64,000 nucleotides of DNA from Torpedo marmorata. Lineage: Eukaryota. Position 1 is the stretch's first letter. Every line of letters starts with the position of its first letter. Below the pieces are notes generated by a model. That model made no database searches. It saw only the letters and a list, made by a program, of their open reading frames with translations, and was not told the DNA's origin. Location: assembly GCA_977017645.1 (NCBI GenBank), contig OZ360221.1:105462001-105526000 (forward strand). The letters run 5' to 3'. Both the position numbers and the translations under genes were made by a program. Below are positions 62,201 through 64,000 of this stretch, piece after piece.

Positions 62201-63924
62201 GATTCAAAGATTAAAAGCAAAATCTCAAACTCGTCAGTATAGACTAAAATTTCGGAATTTGAAGGACAGAAAGTGTGGCGAGTTTTGCGTTGAATCGCAG
62301 GCGGGTTCCCTGGGTAAAATTAGTGGCAGTAGGGGCGAGGTGGGGAGGAGTGCCAACCATTTCAGATCCGATGTGTTTGCTGATGTATATTCGAGACGGG
62401 GCAAAATGAACCCTCGTTAAGTGTCTCTTACGAGCTGTCACCAAAGGTCCCTGTAAAAGTGGGAAACGTATTCATGAGCGTTTAACGAGGGCTGTAAATC
62501 AGGATCCGACACCGGAGCTGGCAACAGCAACGGCAGACTGGAGACGTGACGAAGAGGACCTGCCAACAGTCAACCAAACCCATTCAAAGTAGGCCAGGGA
62601 AGGGGGCTGATTGCCGCATTACTCTCCCGGCAGCATGGTGAGGGTACGCTTGGAACATTGGTCAATTCAGTTCCTATAAGAATCATGAGGATCCGTTGCA
62701 AAATGATTCACTGTAGGCAGCCAGCCAGAATATATTCCGAACGGTACATTACATACCATCTATTTCCCAGGTGGGGGTCGGCGTTATCATATGCACTTCC
62801 TCCAATTTGCATGAGCCACCATTTCTCCCTTTTATATGTGCAATTGCAAATGGTATGAAGCCGGCTAAATCCTGAACTGTGTATCAGATTTGAGTTTCCC
62901 GGCCGTATTTTAATTGGCCCACTCCGCCTCCACTCCATTGCTTGAGCAGACGGTGATCTAATATGTATTCAGGAATCGAAATGATTTCACTTAACCACAA
63001 TTTCACCTAAGCCACCTTCTCGTTTCTTCTCCGCTTTTTTTTATTGTTCTCATTCATTACCAGCCCCGTCAAAGGGTGTTTCAATTGGTCACAATTAATA
63101 ACGTTCGCAACTCTGCTTTCTATTTAGAATAATTAGAATCGTCTTCATCATCCTTGAAAACAGATCGATGTGTTCCAGTCTGAGCAATGTGAACAAATGC
63201 CATCCCAGCCACGGCGCTGCCTCAAATTGTTATCACTTTGTCATCTTCAACCTGAGGTATTTGCAATCACCAACATTGTCATCACCAGCCTCTCAGAGTT
63301 GAACGTTTTATCACTGCCATCTCCAGCCCCCAAGAATTATTTCCAACAAGTTATCAGTCCAGACCCCACAGCTACTGATGTGTTCCGCTGATTCCCATCG
63401 CTGCCCTCTCCAGCTTCAGGTCATTTCTTGCAGATTCTCAATCCTGCTATCTCTCCACTATTGCTTCCAATTAGTTTAATGGATCACAATTATTGCTCAT
63501 TTAACAATTTGGTCTTTAACTCATTTTGTGACAATACTTCTTACCCTTCTCTAGATTGTGCAGACAATTACGACGCCCTTGCAGACAATGGAATACTTAT
63601 CACGTGAGAGCTGAAACGGGTTAAGCTGTACAATTCCGAACAGAAAAGTTGTTCATCTACCTGTCCATATAAAACTGAATACATTTTACTTCCTTAAATA
63701 CAATTATAATTTGTCCTGACGAATATAATCCACAAACTCACTGCTCAGATGAGCAATAGTCACAGCCAGAAATCTCAAGAGACAGATCCACTTTTAGACC
63801 ACGTGTTCGCGATTTTCTTTATGATTATCTGCGACCTAGATCTTCGTTGTGATTTGTCTGTTTATCTCTTAGTCAATTAACATCGCTTGCTATGGTTATT
63901 GCTGGTTAGCTGTTTCCTCTTTTC

Positions 63925-64000
63925 AGGTTTGTTGAGCACCTCTGCTCTGTCCGCCGCAATAGCGTGGATCTCCCAGTGGCCACCCATTTCAATTTCCCAT
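63925..64000 (+). mobile_element. Start of another Penelope GIY-YIG fragment, running off the window
   Basis: Translates as RFVEHLCSVRRNSVDLPVATHFN, homologous to 45724-45795. Confidence 0.85.

Noticed and set aside
63910-63930. Strong splice acceptor (TTTCCTCTTTTCAG|G) at the edge of the Penelope fragment
   Set aside because: The AG can be part of the element's own Arg codon, and no partner donor or exon evidence is visible within the window.

Overview
Eukaryotic (vertebrate) genomic DNA, most likely from a cartilaginous fish (shark or ray). That assignment is inferred from the repeat repertoire: V-SINEs of the HE1 type, abundant CR1/HER1-like and Rex1/Babar LINEs, and Penelope-like elements. 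No host protein-coding gene is supportable; every ORF with recognisable homology comes from a transposon. The window holds an internally deleted Gypsy LTR element, several Rex1 and CR1 LINEs (some nested three levels deep), V-SINEs, a tRNA-Thr-headed SINE, hAT, Harbinger and TcMar MITEs, and a family of Penelope-like (GIY-YIG) insertions. The Penelope insertions have 11-16 bp target-site duplications, fold-back structure and minimal hammerhead-ribozyme motifs. Between the repeats, and especially from about 56.3 to 63.1 kb, TE-poor blocks rich in homeodomain-type motifs look like conserved non-coding elements of a developmental-gene desert (inference only). There are two assembly gaps. Coordinates of old, degraded repeats are approximate.
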